Origin: an uncultured Chitinophaga sp. | Lineage (GTDB): Bacteria; Bacteroidota; Bacteroidia; Chitinophagales; Chitinophagaceae | DNA: 64,000 bases | Assembly: GCA_964443345.1 (NCBI GenBank) | Contig: CAYUCU010000003.1 | Location: 5,413-69,412, forward strand | Reading direction: 5' to 3' | Shown here: piece by piece, positions 20,088 through 29,303 of the stretch | How the letters are laid out: the number at the start of each line of letters is the position of its first letter | Position numbering within the stretch: position 1 is the stretch's first letter | The notes under the pieces: generated by a model | What the model saw: only the letters and a program-made list of their open reading frames with translations | Database searches by the model: none | What the model was told of the DNA's origin: nothing | Made by a program: the position numbers and the translations under genes

Positions 20088-20612
20088 TTAGAAATTCAAA
20101 ATACGGAAAAACTCCGGCCACGGGCCCATCTCTTCTTTATACTGTTTGGCCATCACCCGGGTAACCTGGGCAATATGGGTCAGATCATGCACCACCCAGG
20201 TAGAAAGCAGGTTTCTTAAGGTGATGGCTCCAAGCACCGGGTGTATTCCTTTTTTCTCCAGGTCAGCTTCTGATATGTTTGTTGACCTGAACCAGGCCAT
20301 GTTCTCTTTTCTGACAGCTTCAAACTCATCCAGTAATTGCTGAAGGGTTTTGCCTTTGCTTGCTTCGTATTGTGCAAACCGGTCCCAGGGAGTAAAGGGT
20401 TTTGAAACACCAAACTCCAGGATGATTTTTGCCCTGGGTACCCAGTCCGTTTTTTCGCCATGTATCAAATGGCCCACCACATCATAAGGAGAAAAAGTAT
20501 CCGGCCCTTCGTTGCTCATTACCCAACCGTTATCAATATTTCGCAGGAGTGTGTTAAGAACAGCCGGAGTTCTTTCAAGTATCTCTGCTGCTCCTTCAAA
20601 GCTGTATTTCAT
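20088..20612 (-). CDS. DinB family protein
   Basis: VVGHLIHGE and HDLTHIAQ His triad of the DinB/YfiT fold. Confidence 0.85.
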   Translation of the reverse strand: MKYSFEGAAEILERTPAVLNTLLRNIDNGWVMSNEGPDTFSPYDVVGHLIHGEKTDWVPRAKIILEFGVSKPFTPWDRFAQYEASKGKTLQQLLDEFEAVRKENMAWFRSTNISEADLEKKGIHPVLGAITLRNLLSTWVVHDLTHIAQVTRVMAKQYKEEMGPWPEFFRILNF

Positions 20613-20968
20613 TTCTTTTTCTTTACCGGTTTTTTCTTGCTTGCCTTTGCCATTTTATTATACTCCAGCGCCAGGTTCATCCAATACTCCAGTTTCTTTT
20701 TTGTATTTAATACATCAATATCCACAAACACAAACCCTTTCATCACCTTCCCGGTAAAGTCCATCGGCTTACATCCTTCTTTCTCCATCACTTCTTCATA
20801 CCGGGCCGGATCCAGCCGCACCATCAACCGTTCTTTTTCCACTCCCACACACATCTTATCATTTACCATAAAACATAACCCTCCGAACATAGCCTTCTCC
20901 ACCACATTCTTATGAGACAATGAAATAATTTCTCTTACACGGTCTGCCAATTGTTCATTGTAAGCCAT
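20609..20968 (-). CDS. TfoX/Sxy family protein
   Basis: MAYNEQLADRVR, KAMFGGLCFMVNDKM, MDFTGKVMKGF. Confidence 0.85.
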   Translation of the reverse strand: MAYNEQLADRVREIISLSHKNVVEKAMFGGLCFMVNDKMCVGVEKERLMVRLDPARYEEVMEKEGCKPMDFTGKVMKGFVFVDIDVLNTKKKLEYWMNLALEYNKMAKASKKKPVKKKK

Positions 20969-21009
20969 TGATCATGCTTTAGCGTTACCAATATATGTAT
21001 TGCTGCCGG

Positions 21010-21408
21010 TTACCCCTTTAAATATTTCTCCGGTACAGAATGCAGGGCAATGCGATTGCCTTCTGTGTCTAAGAATATCGCCATAAAGCCATATTCCGGG
21101 CCGATCTCCCGTTTTGGCACCACGATCTTTCCTCCTGCGGCTTCCACCCTGTCCAGTGTTATTTGCACATCCGGGTTGCCATTCAGGTAGATCAATGGCC
21201 CATCGGTAGCAGACGGTTTATGAAAACCACCCGTGTCAATGATTGTTCCACCAATGCCTTTCATCGGATCATCAATAGGAAACATTCGCATTTTTACTTC
21301 CCCAAAATCCATCGGCTGCATTTTAATTTGAAAAATGGCCTCATAAAATTGTTGCGCCCTTTCAATGTCGGTAGCCGGTATTTCAAACCAGCTGATAGCG
21401 TTGTCCAT
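21010..21408 (-). CDS. VOC family protein (glyoxalase/bleomycin resistance fold)
   Basis: ISWFEIPATDIERAQQFY, VEAAGGKI, FLDTEGNRIALH. Confidence 0.9.
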   Translation of the reverse strand: MDNAISWFEIPATDIERAQQFYEAIFQIKMQPMDFGEVKMRMFPIDDPMKGIGGTIIDTGGFHKPSATDGPLIYLNGNPDVQITLDRVEAAGGKIVVPKREIGPEYGFMAIFLDTEGNRIALHSVPEKYLKG

Positions 21409-21423
21409 GTTGATTTTTTTTTA

Positions 21424-22524
21424 TTATTGATTAATGTCTTTTCCTTCCTTCAGTTTTATAATAAATCCTTCAATTTGTTTTTTGGTTGCATCATTGGGCG
21501 CTTGTGCCAATGCTTTGCCGGCATACTCCTGTGCTTTGGTAAAATCACCTTTAGCAGAATAGTAAGACATGAACCCGGCATTTACCGCATACACATCACC
21601 ATTCTTTTTCTGGCTGGCATTAAATATTTCGAGGGCCCTCTCCAGTCTTTTTGCAGTGAGCATTGAGCGTCCCGAGCCCATGTACTGATTAGGATTTGCA
21701 AAAACCAGCGCTTCATTCATAGCAGAATCTGCCAGTGGCAGGCGGTTCAGTTTTGCATAGTTATTGGAAAGATTGTTTAGGGTGGCATACGTTTTTGTAA
21801 GTGCCGCTCTTTTACTCCACTCCAGCGCTTCTTCCAGGTTTATATTCTTATTTACGCAATACTGTGCAGCAGCCAGCATATTAAAAGCATTGAATCCTTT
21901 TTGGCTGGTAACCTCATCCCGAAGTTTGGCAATGACGATATTTTCCACGTCGATCTCTATTTTGAATGGCACCGATAATTTTTCCCACTGCATGGCTATC
22001 ACACAATACTTTTCCTTATGCTCAATGAATTCGTACTTCAGGTATTCCACACTTCTGTCAAGCGTCACTGGTTTTACCGTTACCCGCAGCGCATCATATT
22101 TCTCGTCATAATAAAAACTGCCCCATGAACCAGATTGGTTGGAGAAGATCAGTTGCACACTATCCGGCCACACTGCCATATGCAGGCCGTAGGTACCGGC
22201 TTTAATGTTTTTGCCTTCCACTTTCACATCATGCTCAAATGTGATAATGGTATTTTCATTGGCACCGGCCCGCCAGGGTTGGGTGTTTTTATTGGTAACC
22301 AGGTTGGTGGATGTAAATCCATATGTTACCAGGTTTCCATCGCCCCATATTTTCCCTTCCCGTTTGTTCACATCAGGTCTGGAATATTTTATGGTAATGC
22401 TGGTGATGCCCACTTCTTCAGAAATGGTAGCCCTCGGATTTCCGCCACTTGGTGGCAGGTCCATTTGAGCGAACAGGCTTATTGAAAAAAGAAAGATGGC
22501 GGAAAGCAGCGTTATCCGTTTCAT
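21424..22524 (-). CDS. DUF2911 domain protein with C-terminal TPR repeats
   Basis: Signal peptide, ITIKYSRPDV..R.GKIWG, PWRAGANENT, helical TPR-like tail. Confidence 0.85.
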   Translation of the reverse strand: MKRITLLSAIFLFSISLFAQMDLPPSGGNPRATISEEVGITSITIKYSRPDVNKREGKIWGDGNLVTYGFTSTNLVTNKNTQPWRAGANENTIITFEHDVKVEGKNIKAGTYGLHMAVWPDSVQLIFSNQSGSWGSFYYDEKYDALRVTVKPVTLDRSVEYLKYEFIEHKEKYCVIAMQWEKLSVPFKIEIDVENIVIAKLRDEVTSQKGFNAFNMLAAAQYCVNKNINLEEALEWSKRAALTKTYATLNNLSNNYAKLNRLPLADSAMNEALVFANPNQYMGSGRSMLTAKRLERALEIFNASQKKNGDVYAVNAGFMSYYSAKGDFTKAQEYAGKALAQAPNDATKKQIEGFIIKLKEGKDINQ

Positions 22525-22601
22525 GTTGCGGTTGTTTGGTGTAAGTAAATTTTAAATCTGACTAAAGTTCCTGAAAAAACACTTTACTCCCGCTCCGCTC
22601 A

Positions 22602-23123
22602 TCATTTCTTCCGGCGGTATTCCAGATCATACTCTGTTGACCAGGACACTCCGTTATCTTTTGATATCTCACCGTGCTGCCGCAGCTTTACCGGGCTTAG
22701 GTTGGTAAACGTCATCTTACGAATGGCCATGGTATCTTTTGCTATCGGAAACGGTTTGGAAGAGAAGATGATCTGGTTGTTTTCAAACTTACCTTGCAGG
22801 TATTCGTTGGTGCCGCCTGCATTATCCACCCAGGTTTGTTGCCATTGCCGGGTAGCTGCATTATACGTGTTGAAACTTTTTCCGGCGTACCGCAACCCCT
22901 GTGTTACGGAAGCGCTGGTCCATTCTTCGAGAATGATACAGCTATCCAGAATAAGGCTGATCTTGCTATCACCGGCCTTTTGTCCATTTTTGCCAAAGGC
23001 TTCCCATTCACCGATCCAGAAATCAAACTGGCGGTATTCGGGGCGGCTGCAAGGTAATTGCTGAGAAAAACAAGGGGGGTACAATGTTATTAAAAGAGCT
23101 GCAGTAGCAATTAGTTTCTTCAT
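22602..23123 (-). CDS. Secreted hypothetical protein (DUF1579-like beta-barrel)
   Basis: Signal peptide, QFDFWIGEW, WQQTWVDNAG. Confidence 0.7.
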   Translation of the reverse strand: MKKLIATAALLITLYPPCFSQQLPCSRPEYRQFDFWIGEWEAFGKNGQKAGDSKISLILDSCIILEEWTSASVTQGLRYAGKSFNTYNAATRQWQQTWVDNAGGTNEYLQGKFENNQIIFSSKPFPIAKDTMAIRKMTFTNLSPVKLRQHGEISKDNGVSWSTEYDLEYRRKK

Positions 23124-23179
23124 GATCGTTTATTTAAAGACACCTGTATCACCAAAATAGCTGAGGCGTTTATCCCTGA

Positions 23180-23617
23180 TTATCGCCACACACCAATAAT
23201 GGCCCCCATAAGAATAAGCGCCACAATGCTGTAGCCTCCGTTTATAAGAATAAGGCGCCACGGTTTTTGTTCAAATAAGCTATGGATGGCTATCGCACAA
23301 AACGTCCAGATACCCGCCAAAAACCCGCCTATTGCTCCCCAGGAGATATCTGTTTTTTGGGCACAGTTACCTGTACATTCCGGTGGTGTATCCGCCAGGA
23401 ACATTCCCAAATTAGCCGCCATCAGGACAGAGAAAACAAAGGTCCATCCAAATATCTTTCCTTTATTGCCACCTTTTTTAATCTGCTCTTCCGTAAAGTT
23501 GTTGTCCGCCATCCAGGCTTTGCCAAACAATCCCGGTGAATACCAGATACCTCCTACTACAAAAGCAGAGATACCAGCTACTAATACAGCCAGCCAGTTA
23601 ATTGAAGACATATCCAT
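23180..23617 (-). CDS. DUF1761 domain membrane protein
   Basis: INWLAVLVA, GGIWYSPGLFGKAW, LILINGGY. Confidence 0.85.
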   Translation of the reverse strand: MDMSSINWLAVLVAGISAFVVGGIWYSPGLFGKAWMADNNFTEEQIKKGGNKGKIFGWTFVFSVLMAANLGMFLADTPPECTGNCAQKTDISWGAIGGFLAGIWTFCAIAIHSLFEQKPWRLILINGGYSIVALILMGAIIGVWR

Positions 23618-23708
23618 ACAAATTGGTTTTGGTTAATAAAAATGTTGCTCTTCTAAACTAATTTCTAAACTTTACATAGAAAATAGTTTGCGATTGAAGC
23701 AGTAAAAA

Positions 23709-24779
23709 ATGGCGACAAAGCAGCAATTCATAGCGACAAAACTGTTTGGGCAACGGGATAAGATCAATGATATTGGTATCCGTGTTGTGTTAGTCCCGCT
23801 ATTTGGCATCAGCATTCCGCTGATCACCAAAATGGTTCCGCATGAGGAGTTCAGCAACTGGCAGGTAAAGTTCAGCTACCTGTACACCATCGGTATCGCT
23901 TTTATTATTTATGAAGGAACACGGTTTCTTCATTTTACGCTGCGCTCTTATTTCGACTGGTTCAATAAGCCGGCCCGGAAGATCATTGCACTTATAGTAA
24001 CCATCCCCTTTTACTGTGTGCCGGTAAGTGTGTTGCTGCTGGTGGGCTGGTACAATATGTTTATGAATGGTGTTGTTAACTGGGAAGTAGTACGCCTTAC
24101 CACGATAGTGATATTGGTAGCCGTGTTTTTCCTGGTGAATTTATATGAAACCGTTTTCCTCGTCAGGGATGTAGCCAATGACCGGGTAAAAAATGAACAA
24201 CTGGAAAGAGCAAAGGCGGAAGCAGAGCTGGAGGCTTTAAAAAACCAGGTAGATCCACATTTTATTTTTAATTCGCTCAACACCCTGTCACACCTGATAG
24301 AAGAAAAACCCAAAAAAGCACAATTATTCAACGACTGCCTTGCCGATGTGTACCGCTATATTCTGCACAACAAAGCAAGGGACCTTGTATTTATTAAAGA
24401 AGAACTGGGTTTTATCAACGATTATTTTTCTTTACTTAAAATAAGATTTGAAGGGGCGGTGCAGCTAAACATCAACATTGAAGATGATTGGCTGAACCAC
24501 TACCTGCTGCCTCCCATCTCATTGCAAATACTTATAGAAAATGCGGTAAAGCATAATGAGTTCAGTGATGCACATCCGCTTACCATTAGCATTTCCGCTG
24601 CCGGTGAACTGATAACCGTGCGCAATGATGTCCGGAAAAAGATACTTAGAAAACCTTCTGGTAAGATTGGACTGCAAAACCTCCGGGAACGCTACCGCCT
24701 TATAACCGGAAAAGAAATAATCATTGAAGACAGCGGAACAGCTTTTACTGTTAAACTACCCGTTTTAAAAATCAGTTGA
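23709..24779 (+). CDS. LytS-family sensor histidine kinase
   Basis: Four N-terminal TM segments, LKNQVDPHFIFNSLN, LIENAVKHN, IGLQNLRER. Confidence 0.92.
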   Translation: MATKQQFIATKLFGQRDKINDIGIRVVLVPLFGISIPLITKMVPHEEFSNWQVKFSYLYTIGIAFIIYEGTRFLHFTLRSYFDWFNKPARKIIALIVTIPFYCVPVSVLLLVGWYNMFMNGVVNWEVVRLTTIVILVAVFFLVNLYETVFLVRDVANDRVKNEQLERAKAEAELEALKNQVDPHFIFNSLNTLSHLIEEKPKKAQLFNDCLADVYRYILHNKARDLVFIKEELGFINDYFSLLKIRFEGAVQLNINIEDDWLNHYLLPPISLQILIENAVKHNEFSDAHPLTISISAAGELITVRNDVRKKILRKPSGKIGLQNLRERYRLITGKEIIIEDSGTAFTVKLPVLKIS

Positions 24780-25531
24780 TGAAAGTAATTATCATAGAAG
24801 ACGAAAAACCAGCAGCAGAGAAACTGCAAAAAGCGATTCAAAAAGCGGATCCGCTTATAGAAGTGATCGCTGTACTGAACAGTATAGAGTCTTCCATACA
24901 ATGGCTGCAGCAACATCCTATGCCGGAACTTATCTTTATGGATATTGAACTGACGGACGGCCTTTCTTTTAAGATCTTTGAAAAAATAAACATCACTTCT
25001 CCTGTCATCTTTTGTACCGCCTATGATGAATACTGGCAGGAAGCTTTTGAACACAGTGGCATTGACTATTTATTAAAACCCGTAAAACAACAGAAGCTGG
25101 AATCAGCCCTGAACAAATATGATAAACTGAAACAATATTTCACCAGCAATTTTCAGCAATTACTTCAATCACAGCAGCCCGGTAATGGTAGTTATAAGAA
25201 AAGATTCCTGGTTAAAAGAGGAACGGACTATGTCAGTATCAAAACAGAAGAGATTGCGTACTTCTATGCCGCCCATAAATTGGTTTGCCTGGTAGACACC
25301 AAAAAACAGAAATTCATTTTGGACCAGTCGTTGTCCGATATTGAAAAACAACTGGACCCTTCCCAATTTTACCGGGTAAACAGAAAGTACCTGGTGCAGC
25401 TGACTGCCATTAAAAAGATCAGTACCTATCCTAAAAGCAAGCTGCAACTGGAGCTGGAACCATCAATAAATGATGATGTTATCATCAGCCAGGAAAATGC
25501 TTCCGCCTTTAAAGAGTGGATGGGAAACTGA
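24776..25531 (+). CDS. LytTR family response regulator
   Basis: IIEDE, FMDIEL, FCTAY, YLLKP receiver domain. FYRVNRKYLV LytTR domain. 4-bp overlap with the kinase. Confidence 0.95.
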   Translation: MMKVIIIEDEKPAAEKLQKAIQKADPLIEVIAVLNSIESSIQWLQQHPMPELIFMDIELTDGLSFKIFEKINITSPVIFCTAYDEYWQEAFEHSGIDYLLKPVKQQKLESALNKYDKLKQYFTSNFQQLLQSQQPGNGSYKKRFLVKRGTDYVSIKTEEIAYFYAAHKLVCLVDTKKQKFILDQSLSDIEKQLDPSQFYRVNRKYLVQLTAIKKISTYPKSKLQLELEPSINDDVIISQENASAFKEWMGN

Positions 25532-25651
25532 TAAAGAAGCAACCCTGTCCATATTCCATATTGAAAAGGCGAAAAAATATTTTTCCGGATTTTTTCCCCA
25601 ATACCCTGTGTAATCCCTCCGGAGGGAACATCCATAGTCCAAAGTATTCCC

Positions 25652-27997
25652 ATGCAACAGCGGACCTTCTCCCTTGACCCCCGGTATTTCCAGGTCATCT
25701 TCCAGGCCATCTTTTTAAGTTATGGCCTTTTTTATCTTCATTGGTCAGCAGACTGGATGCACTACATCATCAGCATTGGCGGGTGTTTGTTATTCCAGTA
25801 CTCGGCTGATTCCATTAAAGCAAAGCGTTTTTTAAAACCCGGTGAATTCAATCGCTGGGGTTTCAGTGTGCTCATCAGTGCTATGAGCCTTTGCCTCTTG
25901 TTAAAGGTCAATCACTGGTCGGTCAGTTTGCTGGCTGCATTCATTACTGTTGCTTCAAAGTATATTTTCCGTTTCAATCACAAACATATTTTCAATCCCT
26001 CCGCTATCGGCATTGTAGCAGCCATTTATCTTACTAATAATGCCTGGCTTAGTCCCGGTCAATGGGGGAGCAATACGGTAATTCTGTTTGGCGTCATCAC
26101 ACTGGGCACTATCGTGGTAACAAGAGTGCAAAAGCTGGATGTGTCCTTAGCCTTCTTATTCACTTTTGTTGGTTTATTGTATTGGCGCCAGGTATATGTA
26201 CTCGGCTGGCCGATGGATCATTTTATGCACTCTGTAAGTACGGGCAGCCTGCTGCTGTTTACATTTTTTATGATCAGCGACCCGAGAACATCTCCCAATC
26301 ACCCTGTGGCACGAATGATCTGGGCCGTGGGCATCGCTGCTGTTGCGTTTTATTTAGGTGCCTTTAAATGGAAATACAATACACCTGTCTGGGTACTGGT
26401 AGGCGCAGCGCCATTGGTACCACTGTTAGATAAAATATTCAAGGCAAAAGATTTTACCTGGAGATCTTCTATTCTTCGTTTTAATATTATTTCAAAACTT
26501 AAACAACTAGTCATGAAACCAATGATGAAAAAAGGAGCTGCTGTACTGATCCTGGCAGCAATGTTGGGCCACGAAGCGGCAGCCTTCTGCGGCTTTTATG
26601 TGAGCAAAGCAGATGGTACGCTTAGAAACAAAACCTCACAGGTGATCATCGTAAGAGATGGCAACCGGAATGTGATCACCATGTTCAATGATTTTAAGGG
26701 CAACCTGAAAGACTTTGCCATGGTGGTACCGGTACCGGTAGTATTAAATAAGTCAGACATCAAGGTGGTGGACCAGCAGATATTTACTACACTGAATGAT
26801 TATAGTAAGCCCCGGCTGGTGGAATACTATGATCAGAATCCGTGCAATCCGTACGGGATGGAAGATAAATTGAGCGGGAAAGTTTCCGGACTGCAAATAA
26901 GGGGCAATGCCACATTCAGCGAAGCAGCGAAATCAAAAGACCTTGGAGTAAAAATAGAGGCCAAATACCTCGTAGGTGAGTACGATATCCTCATCCTCTC
27001 TGCCAAAGAATCATCCGGGCTTAAAACCTGGCTGGATGAAAACGGGTATAAAATTCCTGCCGGGGCAGATGAAGTGCTGGCACCTTATATCAAAAGCAAC
27101 CTGAAATTTTTTGTGGTCAAAGTAAATGAGAATGAAAAGAAAAAACTGCCCGGCAATTTTTTACGTCCGCTGCAGATCAGTTTCACTTCCCCCAAATTCA
27201 TGCTTCCTATCCGGTTGGGTATGGCCAATGCCGATGGCGACCAGGATATGATCGTGTATGCATTTACTAAAAAAGGAAGAATTGAGTGTACCAATTACCG
27301 CACACAGTCTTTGCCTACCGGCAACAGGGTCCCCTTATTTGTAAAAAACAATTTTGGTAATTTCTATGCCAATCTTTTCCAAAATCAATGGAGTAAAGAA
27401 GGTAAAGCCATCACCATGCTGGAATATGCGTGGGATGTAAGTCCGAAGAACTATGTAAAATGTGATCCCTGCGTGGCCACGGCTCCTTCCACACAAGACC
27501 TGGTGCAGGCCGGTGTGTGGTGGATCAACCGCGACTGGAATGATTATGGTGATGTGGACGGTGATGAAGAAGGTTACTCTGACAATGTTTACTTCACCCG
27601 TTTGCATGTCCGTTATAACAGGGATAAATTTCCACAGGACCTGATGTTCCAGGTAACGCCCAATACAGAAAGCTACCAGGCCCGTTATGTGATCACTCAT
27701 CCTGCCACCGGAGATTTTAGTTGTGAAGCAGGAAAGAAATACCTGAAAGAATTGAAGGAACGCCGGGCAGATGAAATGGAAATGCTTACGTACCTGACAG
27801 GTAAAGGCTACAGCGACTGGGATGTGGTGCTGGAAGAACCTGAAGAAAAATTCATTCCTGCTGAAGCCTCTTATGCATCCATTGCGCCTAACGTAAACAA
27901 AGGGCCCAAAAGAGACAACGGGATATTATTTGCCACGATAGGAGTAGTAGGGCTGGTTTCGCTGGCCGGATTCACAAACAAAAAGAAGCCTTCATAA
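25652..27997 (+). CDS. RnfD/NqrB-like membrane domain fused to DUF2330 domain, with C-terminal TM anchor
   Basis: N-terminal ~280 aa: KHIFNPSA, FFMISDPRTSP. From ATG 26513: signal-like helix, AFCGFYV, and DUF2330 motifs (FAMVVPVP, GEYDILILSA, MLPIRLG). Ends in a TM helix plus NKKKPS. Confidence 0.8.
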   Translation: MQQRTFSLDPRYFQVIFQAIFLSYGLFYLHWSADWMHYIISIGGCLLFQYSADSIKAKRFLKPGEFNRWGFSVLISAMSLCLLLKVNHWSVSLLAAFITVASKYIFRFNHKHIFNPSAIGIVAAIYLTNNAWLSPGQWGSNTVILFGVITLGTIVVTRVQKLDVSLAFLFTFVGLLYWRQVYVLGWPMDHFMHSVSTGSLLLFTFFMISDPRTSPNHPVARMIWAVGIAAVAFYLGAFKWKYNTPVWVLVGAAPLVPLLDKIFKAKDFTWRSSILRFNIISKLKQLVMKPMMKKGAAVLILAAMLGHEAAAFCGFYVSKADGTLRNKTSQVIIVRDGNRNVITMFNDFKGNLKDFAMVVPVPVVLNKSDIKVVDQQIFTTLNDYSKPRLVEYYDQNPCNPYGMEDKLSGKVSGLQIRGNATFSEAAKSKDLGVKIEAKYLVGEYDILILSAKESSGLKTWLDENGYKIPAGADEVLAPYIKSNLKFFVVKVNENEKKKLPGNFLRPLQISFTSPKFMLPIRLGMANADGDQDMIVYAFTKKGRIECTNYRTQSLPTGNRVPLFVKNNFGNFYANLFQNQWSKEGKAITMLEYAWDVSPKNYVKCDPCVATAPSTQDLVQAGVWWINRDWNDYGDVDGDEEGYSDNVYFTRLHVRYNRDKFPQDLMFQVTPNTESYQARYVITHPATGDFSCEAGKKYLKELKERRADEMEMLTYLTGKGYSDWDVVLEEPEEKFIPAEASYASIAPNVNKGPKRDNGILFATIGVVGLVSLAGFTNKKKPS

Positions 27998-28038
27998 AAC
28001 ACTGAGCAAAATTAAGGATGGTTTTACAGGCCCATAAC

Positions 28039-28070
28039 AAAACAGGCACCACGAGGTGCCTGTTTTCTTT
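28039..28070. terminator. Bidirectional terminator
   Basis: AAAACAGGCACC-ACGA-GGTGCCTGTTTT between convergent genes. Confidence 0.88.
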
Positions 28071-28085
28071 AGTAACTAATTTCTT

Positions 28086-28496
28086 TTATTGATTTCCACC
28101 AGATCCGCCGGGCATTCCGCCACCGCCTTGTGGACGCTGTGGCCGCATAGAGGGCTGAATTTTTTCTTTCCAGATGTCAAACTGTTCTTTGGTGAGTACT
28201 GCTTTCAATATCTCATCCTGTGCATCTGTATATTTCTTCATTTCTGCCATAAAGGTCTCCCGGTCGGGCATGCCACCAGCCATTAATTCTTGTCTTTTAG
28301 CATCTTGTGCTTTGTAAAGTGCCGTCAGGGCTGTATCCAGGGTGGTCAGTTTGGCAGGCTCCAGTTTAAAGGCACTGTCCAGTTTTTGATGGATCCGGGC
28401 CATCCTTTCTTCGGGGGTCATCCGGTTACCCGGTTGGGCGTATGTAATAAGGGCAAAGGCAAAAAAAGCGGCAAACAATAATGAGATCTTTTTCAT
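28086..28496 (-). CDS. Secreted helical hypothetical protein (Spy/CpxP-like)
   Basis: Signal peptide, MTPEERM, VLTKEQFDIW, Gly/Pro-rich tail. Confidence 0.7.
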   Translation of the reverse strand: MKKISLLFAAFFAFALITYAQPGNRMTPEERMARIHQKLDSAFKLEPAKLTTLDTALTALYKAQDAKRQELMAGGMPDRETFMAEMKKYTDAQDEILKAVLTKEQFDIWKEKIQPSMRPQRPQGGGGMPGGSGGNQ

Positions 28497-28645
28497 GTAG
28501 GAGTTTTTTTAGATAAAATAGGTAAGAACCGGTAAATAGGACGGTGTTTGGCCAAAAACCGTTCGGATGGGGGGAAACTTATTTCAAAACCACTCATTTG
28601 GCAGAACTCAAGTATCTTGCACGTCCTTAATTATCAATAAAACGT

Positions 28646-29188
28646 ATGGAATACAGTAAACTAGTTGCCGTTACCGGGTTGCCGGGCTTATTTGAGCTGA
28701 TCAACAGTAAAACCGACGGGGCCATCGTCCGCTCCCTCGACGATAAAAGTACCCGGTTTGTGTCCAGCCGGATCCACAATTTTTCGCACCTGGAAAGCAT
28801 TGAGGTTTATACTGTCCGGGACAATGTGAACCTGGTGGATGTGCTGAACGCTATGGAAGCCGCCGGGGGAAAATTGCCCGATGAAAAGGATGCCGCTGCG
28901 GTCAAAAAATATTTTGAAAAAGTATATCCCGACATGGATTTTGAAAGGGTATATGCCAGCGATATGAAAAAGATGGTGAAATGGTTTGAGGTGCTGAAAA
29001 AGAATAATGTAGAGATAAAACTGAGCGAAATACCTGAAGAGGAAGAAGAGCCGGTAGTGGAAGAAGTAAAAGCCGCACCCGTAGCAGAAGCTAAGCCTGC
29101 TAAAAAAACTGCCGCTAAAAAGAAAGAAGCTGCACCAGAAGAAAAAGCCGCAGCCCCTAAGAAGGCGGCGAAAAAAAAGAAAGCTTAA
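28646..29188 (+). CDS. DUF5606 domain protein with Ala/Lys-rich tail
   Basis: VAVTGLPGLFELI, VYASDMKKMVKW, C-terminal PAKK repeats. Confidence 0.85.
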   Translation: MEYSKLVAVTGLPGLFELINSKTDGAIVRSLDDKSTRFVSSRIHNFSHLESIEVYTVRDNVNLVDVLNAMEAAGGKLPDEKDAAAVKKYFEKVYPDMDFERVYASDMKKMVKWFEVLKKNNVEIKLSEIPEEEEEPVVEEVKAAPVAEAKPAKKTAAKKKEAAPEEKAAAPKKAAKKKKA

Positions 29189-29190
29189 TA

Positions 29191-29295
29191 AATTTGAAAA
29201 TCAGCAAATGTGGAGATGTGAAAATGAATCCGTTCATTAACATATCTGCACATTTTTGATTTTCACTCATTTCCAAATTCCCACATTTTCAAATT
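29191..29295. repeat. Degenerate palindromic intergenic element (ATTTGAAAAT family)
   Basis: AATTTGAAAAT (29191-29201) / ATTTTCAAATT (29285-29295), with short periodic variants between. Confidence 0.5.
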
Positions 29296-29303
29296 ATCAA
29301 ATT

